Of a stretch of 64,000 nt of DNA, positions 55,787-64,000 are shown in pieces (within the stretch, counting starts at the first letter, position 1; every line of letters begins with the position of its first letter). The stretch comes from Actinomycetota bacterium (GTDB taxonomy: Bacteria > Actinomycetota > Acidimicrobiia > IMCC26256 > JACPCJ01). The stretch covers positions 3,786-67,785 of the forward strand of contig JACPCJ010000099.1 of NCBI GenBank assembly GCA_016179865.1. The letters run 5' to 3'. The translations under genes were made by a program, and so were the position numbers. The notes below the pieces were generated by a model. The model did no database searches. It was not told the DNA's origin and saw only the letters and a list, made by a program, of their open reading frames with translations.

Positions 55787-57202
55787 CTACCGAGGCGGCC
55801 GGGGCGGGCACGGCTCCGGCCGGAATCGGATCCAGACCACCGAAGGATGCGGCAGGCCGACCGTCACGGTGCCGGCCACGACCGGCGCCTCCTCGCCGGT
55901 GGCGAGCGAGCCGTCTGGCGTCGCCAGCGTCCGCACGACGGCGCAGCGCGCCCGCGCGCCCTCCACTGCGACGGTTGCCCGCCGGTCAACGTCGAGGCCT
56001 GACGCGGTGAACGACGAGAGGATCACGTCGACGCCCCCGCGCCCGCGGCTGGCCCGACCCCACACGCCGAGCGCGGGAGCGTCCCCCGTCAAGCCGATCC
56101 GGATGCCCTGCGCACGGTGGAAGGCGTCGAACACCCACCACGCCGGCTTGCGCTCGCCGGTCCCGTCGACGAGGCCCCACTCCCCTCGCCGTTCGAGGCC
56201 GGGCGTGTCCGAGGAGCGATAGAAGTCAGCGGCGTCGAGCCCGGCCCGCTCCATCTCGGTGAGGACGGCAGCGTCGAACGCCGCCCCCTCGTGGGTGTCG
56301 TGGCGGGTATCGAATCCCCCGGCCGCCACGTTCCACTCGTCGATCGTCAGCTCGGTGCCGAGCCCGACCCACGAGCGGACCATCTCGGTCTGGCTGGCGA
56401 ACTCGGACGGGCTGGTCAGGGGGTTGCGCCGGGCGTTGGCCTGGTAGACGGGGTCGGGCACGAACCCCTCGTTGCCGTCGGGTCCGAAGAAGGGGTGGTT
56501 CCCGTAGAAATGCCACGACACGAAGTCGGGCTCGGTGACCTGCGCGTAGGGCACGATCCAGGCGGCGTCGGGAAAGGCGGCGGCGGGTCCGCCCACCTGC
56601 AGATCGAGACCCGTCCGCGCCTCGACGGCCGCGATCGCGGCGTGGGTGCGGCGGGCGAGTTCTATGAAGTCGGCCGGGCTGTCCTGCCAGAAGACGGGGA
56701 GGTCGGGCTCGTTCCACACCTCGAACCGGAAGGCCGGATCCGGCGCCGTGGCCAACGACTCGACGACGGTCTCGACGAGCCCCTGCCACGCGGCCGGGTC
56801 GCGCGGCGCGAGGCGGGTCGGATCCCGCGGGTCGCCGGGCCAGGTGCGGGCGAGCCACGGCGGCATGTAGCTCAGGATCACCTGGGGCTCGGCGCCGATC
56901 GACCGCGCGGCCTCGACCCGAGCGAGCAGCGGGTCCAGGTCGAGGGCGCCCGGGCCGGTGCTCGCCTCGTGGAGGCTCCCGTCGATGCGAACGGCGGGCG
57001 GGTGCAACGGTGCCACCCCGTCGAGCGAGCCCGTGTTCCAACCCACGCCGAGGAGGTGCTGGTTCGTGGGGCCGAACTCGGCGGCCGCGTCGACCGTAAT
57101 GGTGAGGTCGCTCGCGGGGATGGGCGCCGCGGCGCTGGCTCCCGGGGTCGCGAGCCCGGCGAGCGCTACGAGAGCGGCGATCCGCGCCGCCCGTCCGCGC
57201 AC
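55787..57202 (-). CDS. Secreted GH39-like (clan GH-A) glycoside hydrolase
   Basis: Signal peptide, YMPPWLA, FEVWNEPD, VGGPA, DFVSWHFY, IDEWN. Confidence 0.8.
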   Translation of the reverse strand: MRGRAARIAALVALAGLATPGASAAAPIPASDLTITVDAAAEFGPTNQHLLGVGWNTGSLDGVAPLHPPAVRIDGSLHEASTGPGALDLDPLLARVEAARSIGAEPQVILSYMPPWLARTWPGDPRDPTRLAPRDPAAWQGLVETVVESLATAPDPAFRFEVWNEPDLPVFWQDSPADFIELARRTHAAIAAVEARTGLDLQVGGPAAAFPDAAWIVPYAQVTEPDFVSWHFYGNHPFFGPDGNEGFVPDPVYQANARRNPLTSPSEFASQTEMVRSWVGLGTELTIDEWNVAAGGFDTRHDTHEGAAFDAAVLTEMERAGLDAADFYRSSDTPGLERRGEWGLVDGTGERKPAWWVFDAFHRAQGIRIGLTGDAPALGVWGRASRGRGGVDVILSSFTASGLDVDRRATVAVEGARARCAVVRTLATPDGSLATGEEAPVVAGTVTVGLPHPSVVWIRFRPEPCPPRPPR

Positions 57203-57207
57203 GGGCG

Positions 57208-57885
57208 TCAGGCGGCGCGGGCGCGCAGCACCGGCAGCGAGATGGGCACGCGGAAGGGGTCGATCCCGAGCGCCCGCAGGCGGCGCACGTACCCCGTCGT
57301 CAGCGCCCACATCAGCTCGTGGGGAGCGCCGATGCGGAGGAAGGCCAGGAACCGCAGCGGCTGGGTGGCCCCGCCACCGCTGCTTCCGAGCATCCGGGTG
57401 ACCATCTTGCGTGCTGCGCGGGCGGCGCGAGCGCGACCGTCGGGATCCGAATCGAGCATGGCCCGGAGCTTCTCGGTCGCGAGGGCCTCGTGCTCCTCCT
57501 CGTCGGCGATCACCGAGTCGATGAACTCGGCCGTTTCGGAGTCGACGCGCTTGCGCAGCCACTCGAGCAGGTCGTCAGCCACGCCCTCGCCGAGGTAGGC
57601 CCCCACGGCTTCGTCGAGGGGGTCGCCCGACGGCGTGGAGTGAAAGGTGTCGAGGGCCCCCTTGTACGGGGCCATGGCCCGCTCGAGGTCGGCACCCATC
57701 GCCTCGAGGCGCCGGGCGAAGCCCTTGTGATGGCGCAGTTCCTCGGCGGCGATCTTCTTGTACGCCGCCCGCTCTTCCTCGCTGTCGGCCTCGGTCGCCC
57801 GCGCCCTGGCTCCCTCGTACGCCTTCCACTCGCCGTAGGCGATGGCCCCGAGCACCTGGATCATGGCGGTCCGCGTGTCACCCAT
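57208..57885 (-). CDS. Ferritin-like (MiaE-like) diiron protein
   Basis: AYGE, EELRH, GEG, DEEEHE: two E..ExxH halves. Confidence 0.78.
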   Translation of the reverse strand: MGDTRTAMIQVLGAIAYGEWKAYEGARARATEADSEEERAAYKKIAAEELRHHKGFARRLEAMGADLERAMAPYKGALDTFHSTPSGDPLDEAVGAYLGEGVADDLLEWLRKRVDSETAEFIDSVIADEEEHEALATEKLRAMLDSDPDGRARAARAARKMVTRMLGSSGGGATQPLRFLAFLRIGAPHELMWALTTGYVRRLRALGIDPFRVPISLPVLRARAA

Positions 57886-57903
57886 CCCGGCCCCCTCTCC
57901 AGC

Positions 57904-57950
57904 GTCTGTGGCGCGTTACGGCGCGTATGCGCTCCTAATGCAACGCAGAC
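57904..57950. repeat. 47-bp palindrome, family A copy 5
   Basis: GTCTGTGGCGCGTTA-N17-TAATGCAACGCAGAC; spacer identical to copy 4. Confidence 0.85.
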
Positions 57951-57951
57951 G

Positions 57952-57975
57952 CTTATTGACATCTGAGTCAGTAAG
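57952..57975. promoter_or_regulatory. Putative 24-bp operator
   Basis: CTTATTGAC-ATCTGA-GTCAGTAAG, 8 of 9 paired; contains TTGACA. Confidence 0.65.
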
Positions 57976-58047
57976 AGATGGTGCCTCATGTCACGGTGCG
58001 ATGCAACCCGTAGCTTCCCTACCGACTGGTAGGTAGACTGCGGCCTC

Positions 58048-58683
58048 GTGGTGGTAACCCAGAAGCCGGCCCTGCGAGGCGTCCTCCACCTCATCGCCTT
58101 TCCCATCTTCGTCGCCGCCGGGATCGCGCTGGTGACGTTCGCCGGCCCCGCCCGACCCCCCGTCGCCATCTACGCCGTCTCGATCGCCGGCCTGTTCGGG
58201 GTGAGCGCCCTCTACCACCGGGGCAATTGGGCCCCCCGGGCTCGGCTGCTCCTCCGCCGGCTCGATCACTCGATGATCTTCATCGCCATCGCCGGGTCGT
58301 ACACCGCGTTGGCGGGGCTGGTGCTTCCGGGGAGGCTCTCGATCCCGTTGCTCGTCGCGGTGTGGCTCACCGCCGTCATCGGAATCGCCATCCGCTTCAC
58401 CGGGATACAGGCGCCGAAGCGAATTGCCGTCATCCCCTACCTCCTCGTGGGCTGGTCTGCGCTCGCCGTCATGCCTGCCCTCGCCGGAGAACTGGGCCTC
58501 GGCGGGCTGGCGTTCCTCGTCGCCGGTGGGGCCTGCTACTCGATCGGCGCCATCACCTTCGCCCGCCAACGGCCCGATCCGTCGCCCGCCGTCTTCGGCT
58601 ACCACGAGGTGTTCCACGCCTGGGTGATCGCGGGGGCGGCGTCGCACTTCGCGGTGGTGGCCTTCTTCGCCCTCCCCCGCTGA
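58048..58683 (+). CDS. Hemolysin III / PAQR-family membrane protein
   Basis: KPALRGVLH, SALYH, RLDHSMIFIAIAGSYT, FGYHEVFH. Confidence 0.92.
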   Translation: MVVTQKPALRGVLHLIAFPIFVAAGIALVTFAGPARPPVAIYAVSIAGLFGVSALYHRGNWAPRARLLLRRLDHSMIFIAIAGSYTALAGLVLPGRLSIPLLVAVWLTAVIGIAIRFTGIQAPKRIAVIPYLLVGWSALAVMPALAGELGLGGLAFLVAGGACYSIGAITFARQRPDPSPAVFGYHEVFHAWVIAGAASHFAVVAFFALPR

Positions 58684-58692
58684 CTGCCACTC

Positions 58693-60561
58693 TCAGCCCG
58701 CCGTCACCATTCCGTCGGCGACGGCGAGGGCGAGGGCCATGATCGAGATTTGCGGGTTCACCTCGGGGCAGGTGGGGAGGATGCACGCATCCGCCACCCA
58801 CACGCCGTCGACGCCCCGCAGGCGTCCTTCCGGATCGACCGGGTACCGCTCCTCATCCGCACCCGCACCTGCCGTTCCGGTGGGATGGAAGGCGGCGAGG
58901 TGCAGACCCTTGGGGTTGGCCGACGCCAGGGCGTCGGCCAGCTCCTCGACCGTCCGCACGACGGGGTGGCCGGGCACGCCCGGGTAGACCTCCCGGGCCC
59001 CGGCAGCGAACAGGATCCTGCCCATCACCTCGACGGCCCGGACCACCCGAGCGCCGTCCCGAGCCGTGAGCTCGTAGCGGATGATCGCTCGCTTCGATCC
59101 GTAGACCCGCCCCGCGGGCTCGTCGCCGATCATCGCTCCGAGGCCGGCCACGTGGTCGGCGGTGTCGAGCTGCGCCACGAGGTCCCGCCCGATCCCGGGC
59201 AGCCCGATCGATCCCATGCCTGGAGGCGTCGCCGTCGCTTCAACCAGGATGCCCTCCGACTCGTGGAACTCGTCGACGCCGGCGCTCTGGAGGACGCCGT
59301 CCCAAGCAACGACGGGGTCGTCGAAGCGCCCCATGACACCGGCGGCGGGGTGGATGGCGAGGTTGTGCCCGAGCTGGGGATGCCCCCCGAGGCCGCTGCG
59401 CCGGAGGAGGGTCACGGTCTCGGCGGCCCCCGCCGCCACCACCACCCGGGGCGCCTGGATGACGACCGTCGACCCGTCCAGACGGCGAGCAACGACGCCG
59501 GTCGCCCGGCCGGCCTCGTGGGTGACCCTGAGCACCCGGGCCTCGCTGACGATCCGAGCTGAGGCCGCGCACGCCTGGGGCAAGGCGTTCAGGTGGACGC
59601 CGTACTTGGCGTTGACCGGGCACCCGATGGCGCTCTGACAGCACCCCTGACAGGGAGCCCCGTTGTGGTCGAGCGGCCCGCAGGCCCACCCCAGGCGCTC
59701 GGCACCCTGAAGGCAGAGCTTGCCGTTGCACCCCATGACGTCGAGGGGCACCGGAGCCACCGAGAGGGTGTCCCACGCGTCGTCGAGATACGGAGCGAAG
59801 GCGCTCGGATCGGCGAGCTTGAGCCCGGCGTCGTCGCGCCACCGGAGGAGGACGGCCTCGGGGGTCCGGTAGCAGGTGCCGGAGTTGACCAGCGTGGTGC
59901 CGCCGACGCCCCGGCCGATGGGCAGCGCGATCGGCGGGGTCCCAAGGGCCACCGTCGTCCCCGCGTCACGGTAGAGATCGGCAAAGCGCTGGACGGGCCG
60001 CGTCGTGCGGATCTCGTCGACGGTAAACCGGCGACCTTCCTCCAGGATCACCACGTCGAGCCCGGCACGGGCGAGGGTGCGAGCGGCAACGGCGCCGCCG
60101 GCGCAGGAGCCGATCACGACCACGTCGCAGCTCGATCGGCTCGGCCACCAGGCCGCCGGCGTCACGTCGAGGTCGGCGTCGGGCCGGACGGGCTCGACCG
60201 CCTGCCACCGGGCCAGCAGCTCGTCGGCGTACCGCTCGCCTCCCGCCACCAGGAGGACGAGGGCCTTCAACCCCTCGAGTGCGTGCCGTCCTTCGGGTCG
60301 GGTCGTCAGCCGATGGAGCACCTGCTCGCGCTCCTCGGGGCCGTGGCGGAGCAGGGTCTTGCCCGTCGTGGCGACGGAGAAGGCGTTGAGGCCCATGACC
60401 CCGGCGCGAGCGGCGTGGCGGGAGGGCACCGGGAACTGCGCCACGTACTGCTCGAGCGCGATACGCAGAACACCCGGATCGGGCCCGCCCGCCTCGGGCG
60501 GGAGGACGGCGGCGCACACACCCTTCAGGCCCGGAATGCGAAACCGCGGATCGTGCAGCAC
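58693..60561 (-). CDS. GMC-family oxidoreductase
   Basis: DVVVIGSCAGG, GRGVGGTTLVNSG, GHNLAIHP, AFHPTGT, VADA..P..VNPQ; start approximate. Confidence 0.88.
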   Translation of the reverse strand: MLHDPRFRIPGLKGVCAAVLPPEAGGPDPGVLRIALEQYVAQFPVPSRHAARAGVMGLNAFSVATTGKTLLRHGPEEREQVLHRLTTRPEGRHALEGLKALVLLVAGGERYADELLARWQAVEPVRPDADLDVTPAAWWPSRSSCDVVVIGSCAGGAVAARTLARAGLDVVILEEGRRFTVDEIRTTRPVQRFADLYRDAGTTVALGTPPIALPIGRGVGGTTLVNSGTCYRTPEAVLLRWRDDAGLKLADPSAFAPYLDDAWDTLSVAPVPLDVMGCNGKLCLQGAERLGWACGPLDHNGAPCQGCCQSAIGCPVNAKYGVHLNALPQACAASARIVSEARVLRVTHEAGRATGVVARRLDGSTVVIQAPRVVVAAGAAETVTLLRRSGLGGHPQLGHNLAIHPAAGVMGRFDDPVVAWDGVLQSAGVDEFHESEGILVEATATPPGMGSIGLPGIGRDLVAQLDTADHVAGLGAMIGDEPAGRVYGSKRAIIRYELTARDGARVVRAVEVMGRILFAAGAREVYPGVPGHPVVRTVEELADALASANPKGLHLAAFHPTGTAGAGADEERYPVDPEGRLRGVDGVWVADACILPTCPEVNPQISIMALALAVADGMVTAG

Positions 60562-60616
60562 CGTCCGGCAGATTAGGGGGCGCGGCGTCCGCGGGCTCGA
60601 CCCGCGGCCGCTGCCC

Positions 60617-61270
60617 TCAGTCGTCGGCCCTGCCCCCAGGGATCGGCTCGCTGTGGTCAACGGGAAGCCGGAACACCAAAGCCAGGATCTCGGCGTAGTT
60701 ATCGGATTGCTCTGGGTCAATGAGCGCAAGCTGCGACAGCCCGAGCTGGGCGACTTCCGCGGCCACGGCAAGGTCCCGCTCAGGGAGCGTCGTCCGGCGG
60801 CCAAAGACAGACATCTGTTGGGTCATGATTTCAGCGCCCCGCTGCCTCCGCTCCTCGATCTGGGCGCGGAAGCGCACCGCGAATTCCGAGTTTCGCAGCG
60901 CGTGAAGGCGCAGCTCCGTGTCCAGGAGGACAAAGGACCGGAGCTTGTCGGCAAGCTGGATCACGAGCCGGGCGGAGCGGAGGGCCTCGGCCTCCTGTTC
61001 CGTCGAATCGGCGCGCGCCGGTCGCTCCTCGAGAACCTCGATCTGCGACTCGGTGAGACGCACGGAATACGCGTCGACGACCGCAAAAATGAGCGCTTCC
61101 TTGTCGGCGAAGTTCGAGTAGATGGCGCCGCGGCTGAACCCGGCCGCGGTGGCAATCTCTTCGAGCGAGGTGCCGTGGATGCCCTTCTCAGCAAAGAGTT
61201 CGAGTGCCGCCTCGATGAGTGCATCCCTCGTCATCTGTCGCCGCCGCTGAGGAGTGAGCTTCTCTACCAT
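60617..61270 (-). CDS. TetR-family regulator
   Basis: TRDALIEAALELFAEKG..TSLEEIATAAGFSRGAIYSNFADKEAL; start at ATG 61270. Confidence 0.9.
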   Translation of the reverse strand: MVEKLTPQRRRQMTRDALIEAALELFAEKGIHGTSLEEIATAAGFSRGAIYSNFADKEALIFAVVDAYSVRLTESQIEVLEERPARADSTEQEAEALRSARLVIQLADKLRSFVLLDTELRLHALRNSEFAVRFRAQIEERRQRGAEIMTQQMSVFGRRTTLPERDLAVAAEVAQLGLSQLALIDPEQSDNYAEILALVFRLPVDHSEPIPGGRADD

Positions 61271-61295
61271 ACACATCATCATTTCATATACGTGA

Positions 61296-61339
61296 TTGAC
61301 ATTCAAATACGATATTGTATGATACATACATCATCGTAT
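61296..61339 (+). promoter_or_regulatory. Sigma70-type promoter overlapped by a palindromic operator
   Basis: TTGACA 61296-61301, 16 nt, TATGAT 61318-61323; ATACGAT-AT-TGTATG-ATA-CATACA-TC-ATCGTAT palindrome; AT-rich. Confidence 0.7.
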
Positions 61340-61513
61340 CTACATGCGGAGGGCGCACCATGAGGGAGCAGGATCGAAAGCGCGCCGAGGCGATGCGATG
61401 GGCGGGCCGGCAACTCGCGTGGGAGGGATGCCTCCAGGGGATCCGCAAGGGCGCTCTTCCGCCTTCGGAGCGTGGCACGGCCATCTGACGGCTCGCCCGG
61501 GCCGCGCTCGGAG

Positions 61514-62242
61514 CTATGGCTTCCGGGCCGAAAAGGCAGTCAAGCCGCGAGGGAGGGCGCGGGTGCCATAGCGACGATGGCGCCGCACCCGGAACCCTGC
61601 TCCCCGCAGGCCAGCTTCGACATACCCCGGGTCGTACAGGCGCAATGTGTGCACCTCATCGACCCGGCGGTGCTCGGCACCTCGCTCGCGCACGAAGGTC
61701 GTCATCGTGCGGGTCAGCCGATCTCCTGCTTCTCGGACGACGAGGTGCATCGCCCACGCGGGATGGTCGTGGAACTGTTCGCGCGCCCGGCGCGGGCCGG
61801 CGCGGCCAGGGCCAGCGGTGTCCAGCAGGAAGAGCCCGCCGGGCACGAGCGCCTGGTACACGCGCCGGAACAGCACCGGAAGGCGTCGGGCTCTGAGCCG
61901 GGCGTCGAACGCGTAGTTGACGATCTCCCCGATCGCCGTCACGGCGACACACGGCGGGAGATCGGCATCGACGATCGATCCCACACGGAACCGCGCGCGC
62001 GGCGCTTCCTGCCTGGCGATCCGCACCATCGCCGGCGAAATGTCGATGCCGAGGACATCGAATCCTCGACGGGTGAACTCGGCAGCGAGGATGCCGCTCC
62101 CAGACCCCAAGTCGACGACCAGCCCGGAGGTCACGTTCCGGCGCGCAAGGTCCGCGGCCACCACTGCCGCCGCCTCGCGGGCAAGGTCGCCGAACCATCC
62201 GTGATGGATGACGGCGAGATCGGTGCCGTACCCCGCGGTCAT
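61514..62242 (-). CDS. Class I SAM-dependent methyltransferase
   Basis: VVDLGSGSG, GIDISPAM, ALVPGGLFLLD; start at ATG 62242. Confidence 0.88.
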   Translation of the reverse strand: MTAGYGTDLAVIHHGWFGDLAREAAAVVAADLARRNVTSGLVVDLGSGSGILAAEFTRRGFDVLGIDISPAMVRIARQEAPRARFRVGSIVDADLPPCVAVTAIGEIVNYAFDARLRARRLPVLFRRVYQALVPGGLFLLDTAGPGRAGPRRAREQFHDHPAWAMHLVVREAGDRLTRTMTTFVRERGAEHRRVDEVHTLRLYDPGYVEAGLRGAGFRVRRHRRYGTRALPRGLTAFSARKP

Positions 62243-62243
62243 T

Positions 62244-62277
62244 GGGCCAGTCTCTCGCACGCGCGAGAGACTGGCCC
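62244..62277. repeat. Perfect 15-bp inverted repeat filling a divergent intergenic gap
   Basis: GGGCCAGTCTCTCGC-ACGC-GCGAGAGACTGGCCC. Confidence 0.9.
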
Positions 62278-62279
62278 TC

Positions 62280-63707
62280 ATGACGACTCTCGTGACCGGT
62301 GCGACGGGGTTCCTCGGCAGCCGGGTGGCGCGCCAGCTCGTCGAGGGGGGCGAGCCAGTGCGGGTGCTGGCCCGCTCGACGAGCAACCTCCGCCGGCTCG
62401 AGGAGTTCATCGACAAGGTGGAGGTGGTCGAGGGTGACGTCACCGACCGGACGTCGGTCGAGGGCGCGCTCATTGGCTGCGACCGGGTGATCCACTGCGC
62501 CGGCGTCTACGAATTCGGGACTCGCGATCCCGCATACATGGCCCTGGTCAACGTGACCGGGACCCAGCACGTGCTCGAGACTGCCGCCACCCAAGGCGCG
62601 GCCGCCGTCCACGTCTCGTCGGCCATCGCCCTCGGGCCCACTGGACCGCAGCCTTCGACCGAGGACCACTGGGTTTCGGTCCCCACGCGGTCGCCGTACG
62701 CGGTGACCAAGCGGGAGGGTCACGAGGTGGCTCGCCGGCTCATCAAGGACGGCGCCGACCTGCGCATCGTCGCCCCCACCACCATCTACGGCCCGGACGA
62801 TCCCAGCCTCGTCGGCCTCCTCCATCGGATCGCCGCCCGGGCACCCCTTCCGCTGGCCGCCTTCCCCGAGATGCGCATGACCTTGGTGCACGTCGATGAC
62901 TGTGCCCAGGCGACCATCGCCGGCCTCGCGGCCCCCTCGGGCGAGGAGTTCGTGGTGGGCGGCCAGGTGGTGACCTTCCGCGATTGGTTCACCGCTCTCG
63001 CGCGGGCCGCCGAGCGGCGTCACGGTGTCGCCGGGATCCCCGACGGGCTCCTGCGAGCCGTGGCACCGCTGGTCGGGGCGCTGTCGCGGACGGGCCGGGA
63101 GGGCCTGGCCCTCGCCGACGGCAGCCACTGGGCGTTCAACTCCGAGAAGGCCCGCGCCACCCTCGAGTGGGAAGCCCGTCCCCTCGACGACGGCCTCACC
63201 GAAACCCTCGCCTGGTACCGGGCACACCGCCCCGGGCGTGCGGCCACGCGTCGCACCGTCAACTTCGGGTTCGTGGAGGTGATGTCGGGGTCAGCCCAGA
63301 TGGAGGGCGAGCGCTTCGACCGCCCCTTCCGGTTCGAGTTCGATGTCGAGGACGGGCGCCTGGCCGACTACTTCACCGGCACCGCCACGGGGCGGGCCAT
63401 CGGGCGCGTCAGCCTCGACGGGATCGCCACCGACGTCACCGCCGAGGGCGTCCTGGAGCTGTCGCCGTACCGAAACCGCACCATCCGCTACGCCTTCGAC
63501 TTCACCGCCGACGACGGCCGCCCCCTCCGCTTTGACGGCCACAAGACGATCGTGCACTGGAAGCCCGTGTCCTCGTGGACGCGCCTGCCGGGGCGCCTCT
63601 TCGACGCCGACGGTCGGGTGGTGGGGGACGCCTTCCTCCGCTTCGACCTTCGGGATGAGTTCGTCAACCTGGCCCGGAGCTTCCACTTCTCGCGTGTCCC
63701 CGACTGA
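62280..63707 (+). CDS. Extended SDR (NAD-dependent epimerase/dehydratase) fused to an extra C-terminal domain
   Basis: TGATGFLG, HCAG, YAVTK, IYGP, VHVDD; ~145 further residues after ETLAWY. Confidence 0.88.
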   Translation: MTTLVTGATGFLGSRVARQLVEGGEPVRVLARSTSNLRRLEEFIDKVEVVEGDVTDRTSVEGALIGCDRVIHCAGVYEFGTRDPAYMALVNVTGTQHVLETAATQGAAAVHVSSAIALGPTGPQPSTEDHWVSVPTRSPYAVTKREGHEVARRLIKDGADLRIVAPTTIYGPDDPSLVGLLHRIAARAPLPLAAFPEMRMTLVHVDDCAQATIAGLAAPSGEEFVVGGQVVTFRDWFTALARAAERRHGVAGIPDGLLRAVAPLVGALSRTGREGLALADGSHWAFNSEKARATLEWEARPLDDGLTETLAWYRAHRPGRAATRRTVNFGFVEVMSGSAQMEGERFDRPFRFEFDVEDGRLADYFTGTATGRAIGRVSLDGIATDVTAEGVLELSPYRNRTIRYAFDFTADDGRPLRFDGHKTIVHWKPVSSWTRLPGRLFDADGRVVGDAFLRFDLRDEFVNLARSFHFSRVPD

Positions 63708-64000
63708 CCGGCTCGCGGAGCCCGCCCGCCACGTCGCCCTCGCCCTCGCCCGCGCCGTACTCCCGCCAGTGGGGCGCCTCCCCGGCGGCGATGAGTCGAC
63801 CGTCGAGCGCGTGGAAGCAACGCTGGCGGCGGCCGGGCCGGGTGCGCTGCGCGGCTACGGCGCCCTCTTGACCGCCCTCGACCGTGTTGCCCGCATCACC
63901 ACCCGCCCACCGGAGGAAGCAGCGGACCTGCTCGATCGCTGGGCCGACGCCGAGCTCCCCCGGCGCAGCCTCGTGCTCGGCGCCACGACGCCCTTGAAAC
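63694..64000 (+). CDS. 3'-partial ORF, possibly the N-terminus of a GMC oxidoreductase
   Basis: Open frame from GTG 63694 (SPTDRLAEPARHVALALARAVLPP..TVERVE..LLDRW..TTPLK) overlapping the SDR stop; family is a guess. Confidence 0.5.
   Translation, partial: MSPTDRLAEPARHVALALARAVLPPVGRLPGGDESTVERVEATLAAAGPGALRGYGALLTALDRVARITTRPPEEAADLLDRWADAELPRRSLVLGATTPLK

Noticed and set aside
21533-57950. Family A palindromes as integron attC sites or CRISPR repeats
   Set aside because: GTT precedes AAC, the reverse of attC order; flanking genes are not co-oriented cassettes; copies are kilobases apart; no integrase or cas gene

Overview
GC-rich actinobacterial chromosome segment. Gene content (SCO1664/DUF3090/MSMEG_4193-type operon, DUF3151, PspC-kinase two-component system, ccr) fits Acidimicrobiia or a relative; this is inference. 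Left to right: a toxin-antitoxin (TA) cluster; four genes sharing five copies of an SH3-like module; ccr-mce and a frameshifted thiolase; a PspC-type two-component locus; dnaX-ybaB-recR (recR 3' end disrupted) with SRP RNA, two tRNA-Ser and tadA; a 12.5 kb copper locus; three minor-pilin-like genes; then mostly metabolic genes. The copper locus holds CopA, CsoR, CopZ, CcdA/thioredoxin-fold proteins and four CsoR-type operators. Its unusual part is two MacB/FtsX-type ABC transporters and a class III adenylate cyclase, all with C-terminal YHS/TRASH domains. Several families of ~50-bp palindromes sit at gene junctions, and some overwrite gene 3' ends. Best novelty candidates: the YHS-coupled ABC/cyclase copper module with a possible RAGP arrest-peptide leader, the SH3-like membrane protein family, and the palindrome families. 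Family names come from motif recognition, not database searches.
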